Source: the human T2T-CHM13v2.0 reference genome, Homo sapiens
Direction: 5' to 3' (one strand)
Length of the DNA stretch: 64,000 nt
NCBI RefSeq assembly: GCF_009914755.1
Contig: NC_060947.1
The notes beneath the pieces are model-generated. The model was given only the letters and a program-made list of their open reading frames with translations, searched no databases and was not told where the DNA came from. Positions 62,910 through 64,000 of this stretch are shown here, piece after piece. The position numbers and the translations under genes were made by a program. The stretch's first letter is position 1. The number at the start of each line of letters is the position of its first letter.

Positions 62910-63230
62910 AATTTTTTGAGGTATAACATATAAAAATAAATGCAGATAGATCTCAGATTTATAGCTCAATGAACATTTATATATGTAACCACCCAGGTGA
63001 AAGCAGAAAAGATTTGAAGCTCCTCAAAGGCTCCCTTATGCCTTCTTCTAGTCAGTACTCACAGAAAAATTATTCTGACATCCATGACCATAGATCCATT
63101 ATTCTCACAACGATTTTCATATATATGGAATCATATAGTATATAGTCCTTTGTGTCTCACTTCTTTTACTTAATATGATGTTTATAAAATTTATCCATGT
63201 TGTTGTAGTTCATTATTTTCTATGACTTTC
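62910..63230 (-). mobile_element. Ancient L1MC/ME 3' end fragment
   Basis: ttttttgaggtataacat...atggaatcatatagtat...tttatccatgttgtt. Confidence 0.65.
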
Positions 63231-64000
63231 TTGACTGTGGTCTAAATTTGTTGCTAAATAGTTTACAAATTACATCATTTCAATACATTATGCATCTAAT
63301 TAAAAAATGAAAAATTTGACATCATAATTTTAATCATGCTTCCTATGCCCGTTATATAAATACTGGTGTTCTTATACAATTGACACAGTCTCAAAAAGGG
63401 ATGTCTATATTATGAGTATACTAGAATAATTAACTGTTTTCTAAGCAAAAAGAACATCCCATTTTGAGGTTGCCTCAATTGTGTAATAACAGTATTATTG
63501 ATATGGCAGGATAAACAAGGTGTTGCTGAAATTCTGATGTGATATTTTCCATTTTTCAATTAGATTTCTGATGTATTAAAATAACTTCATGATTTATGAA
63601 CTCAACCTTGGCATTTTCTAAAAATCCCATTATCAGTAATTAAGAATATTATATTCTGTCTGCATTACAAGAAAGTATATTCTCAGTGAAAAGTTCTGGG
63701 AGCTTCTAAATTCTGACAGCAAAGAATTTAACTCACAATGCTAAATAGTGAGTGATATTTTCTGGGTCTCTGTATTAGAATCACCCACAGACAATGACTA
63801 GCATATTTAGGAAAAACAAAGAAAGCAATGTCTTCAAATAAAGAGCAGTTTTCCAGTTTGGGGAGAAGAGGAAAGAGATTGCAGATAAGTAAAGTTGTGC
63901 CTATTGCAAAAGATTGGGTTACAGTTAGAATTTGAGGTTTGTATTAGATACGTACAAATAATTTGGTATCAGGTTTAGTTCACAATCAAGAAGGTCCTTA

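Noticed and set aside
60600-64000. Unique AT-rich stretch with short ORFs and possible splice acceptors (for example ~62390)
   Set aside because: No recognisable protein similarity or paired splice sites; exons cannot be supported from sequence alone.

Overview
Human non-genic DNA (a consensus-like AluYa5 is present). It is about 80% transposon-derived and very LINE-1-rich, which suggests an X-chromosome-like or gene-desert setting (inference). No intact host gene or RNA gene is supported, and all recognisable ORFs are decayed L1 ORF1/ORF2 or repeat-derived. Positions 1-50.8 kb are nested retroelements: several L1PA/L1PB/L1M copies, a two-LTR MER61-type ERV1 provirus, a solo LTR12C, full-length MST and THE1 MaLRs, and Alus. 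Positions 50.8-64 kb are older sequence (L2, MIR, hAT MITEs) with a full-length THE1D. Best observations: (1) a heavily decayed Ty3/Gypsy (Sushi-like) RNase H-integrase fossil on the minus strand at ~50.8-52.5 kb, in otherwise unique-looking DNA; (2) an L1PA 3' transduction carrying ~1 kb of foreign DNA into the provirus, polyadenylated at the signal of an ancient MLT1 LTR; (3) a perfect p53 response element in the MER61 5' LTR that is broken in the 3' LTR; (4) an orphan ERV pol fragment; (5) several locally templated or palindromic insertion scars. Subfamily names come from remembered consensus features, not from a database search.
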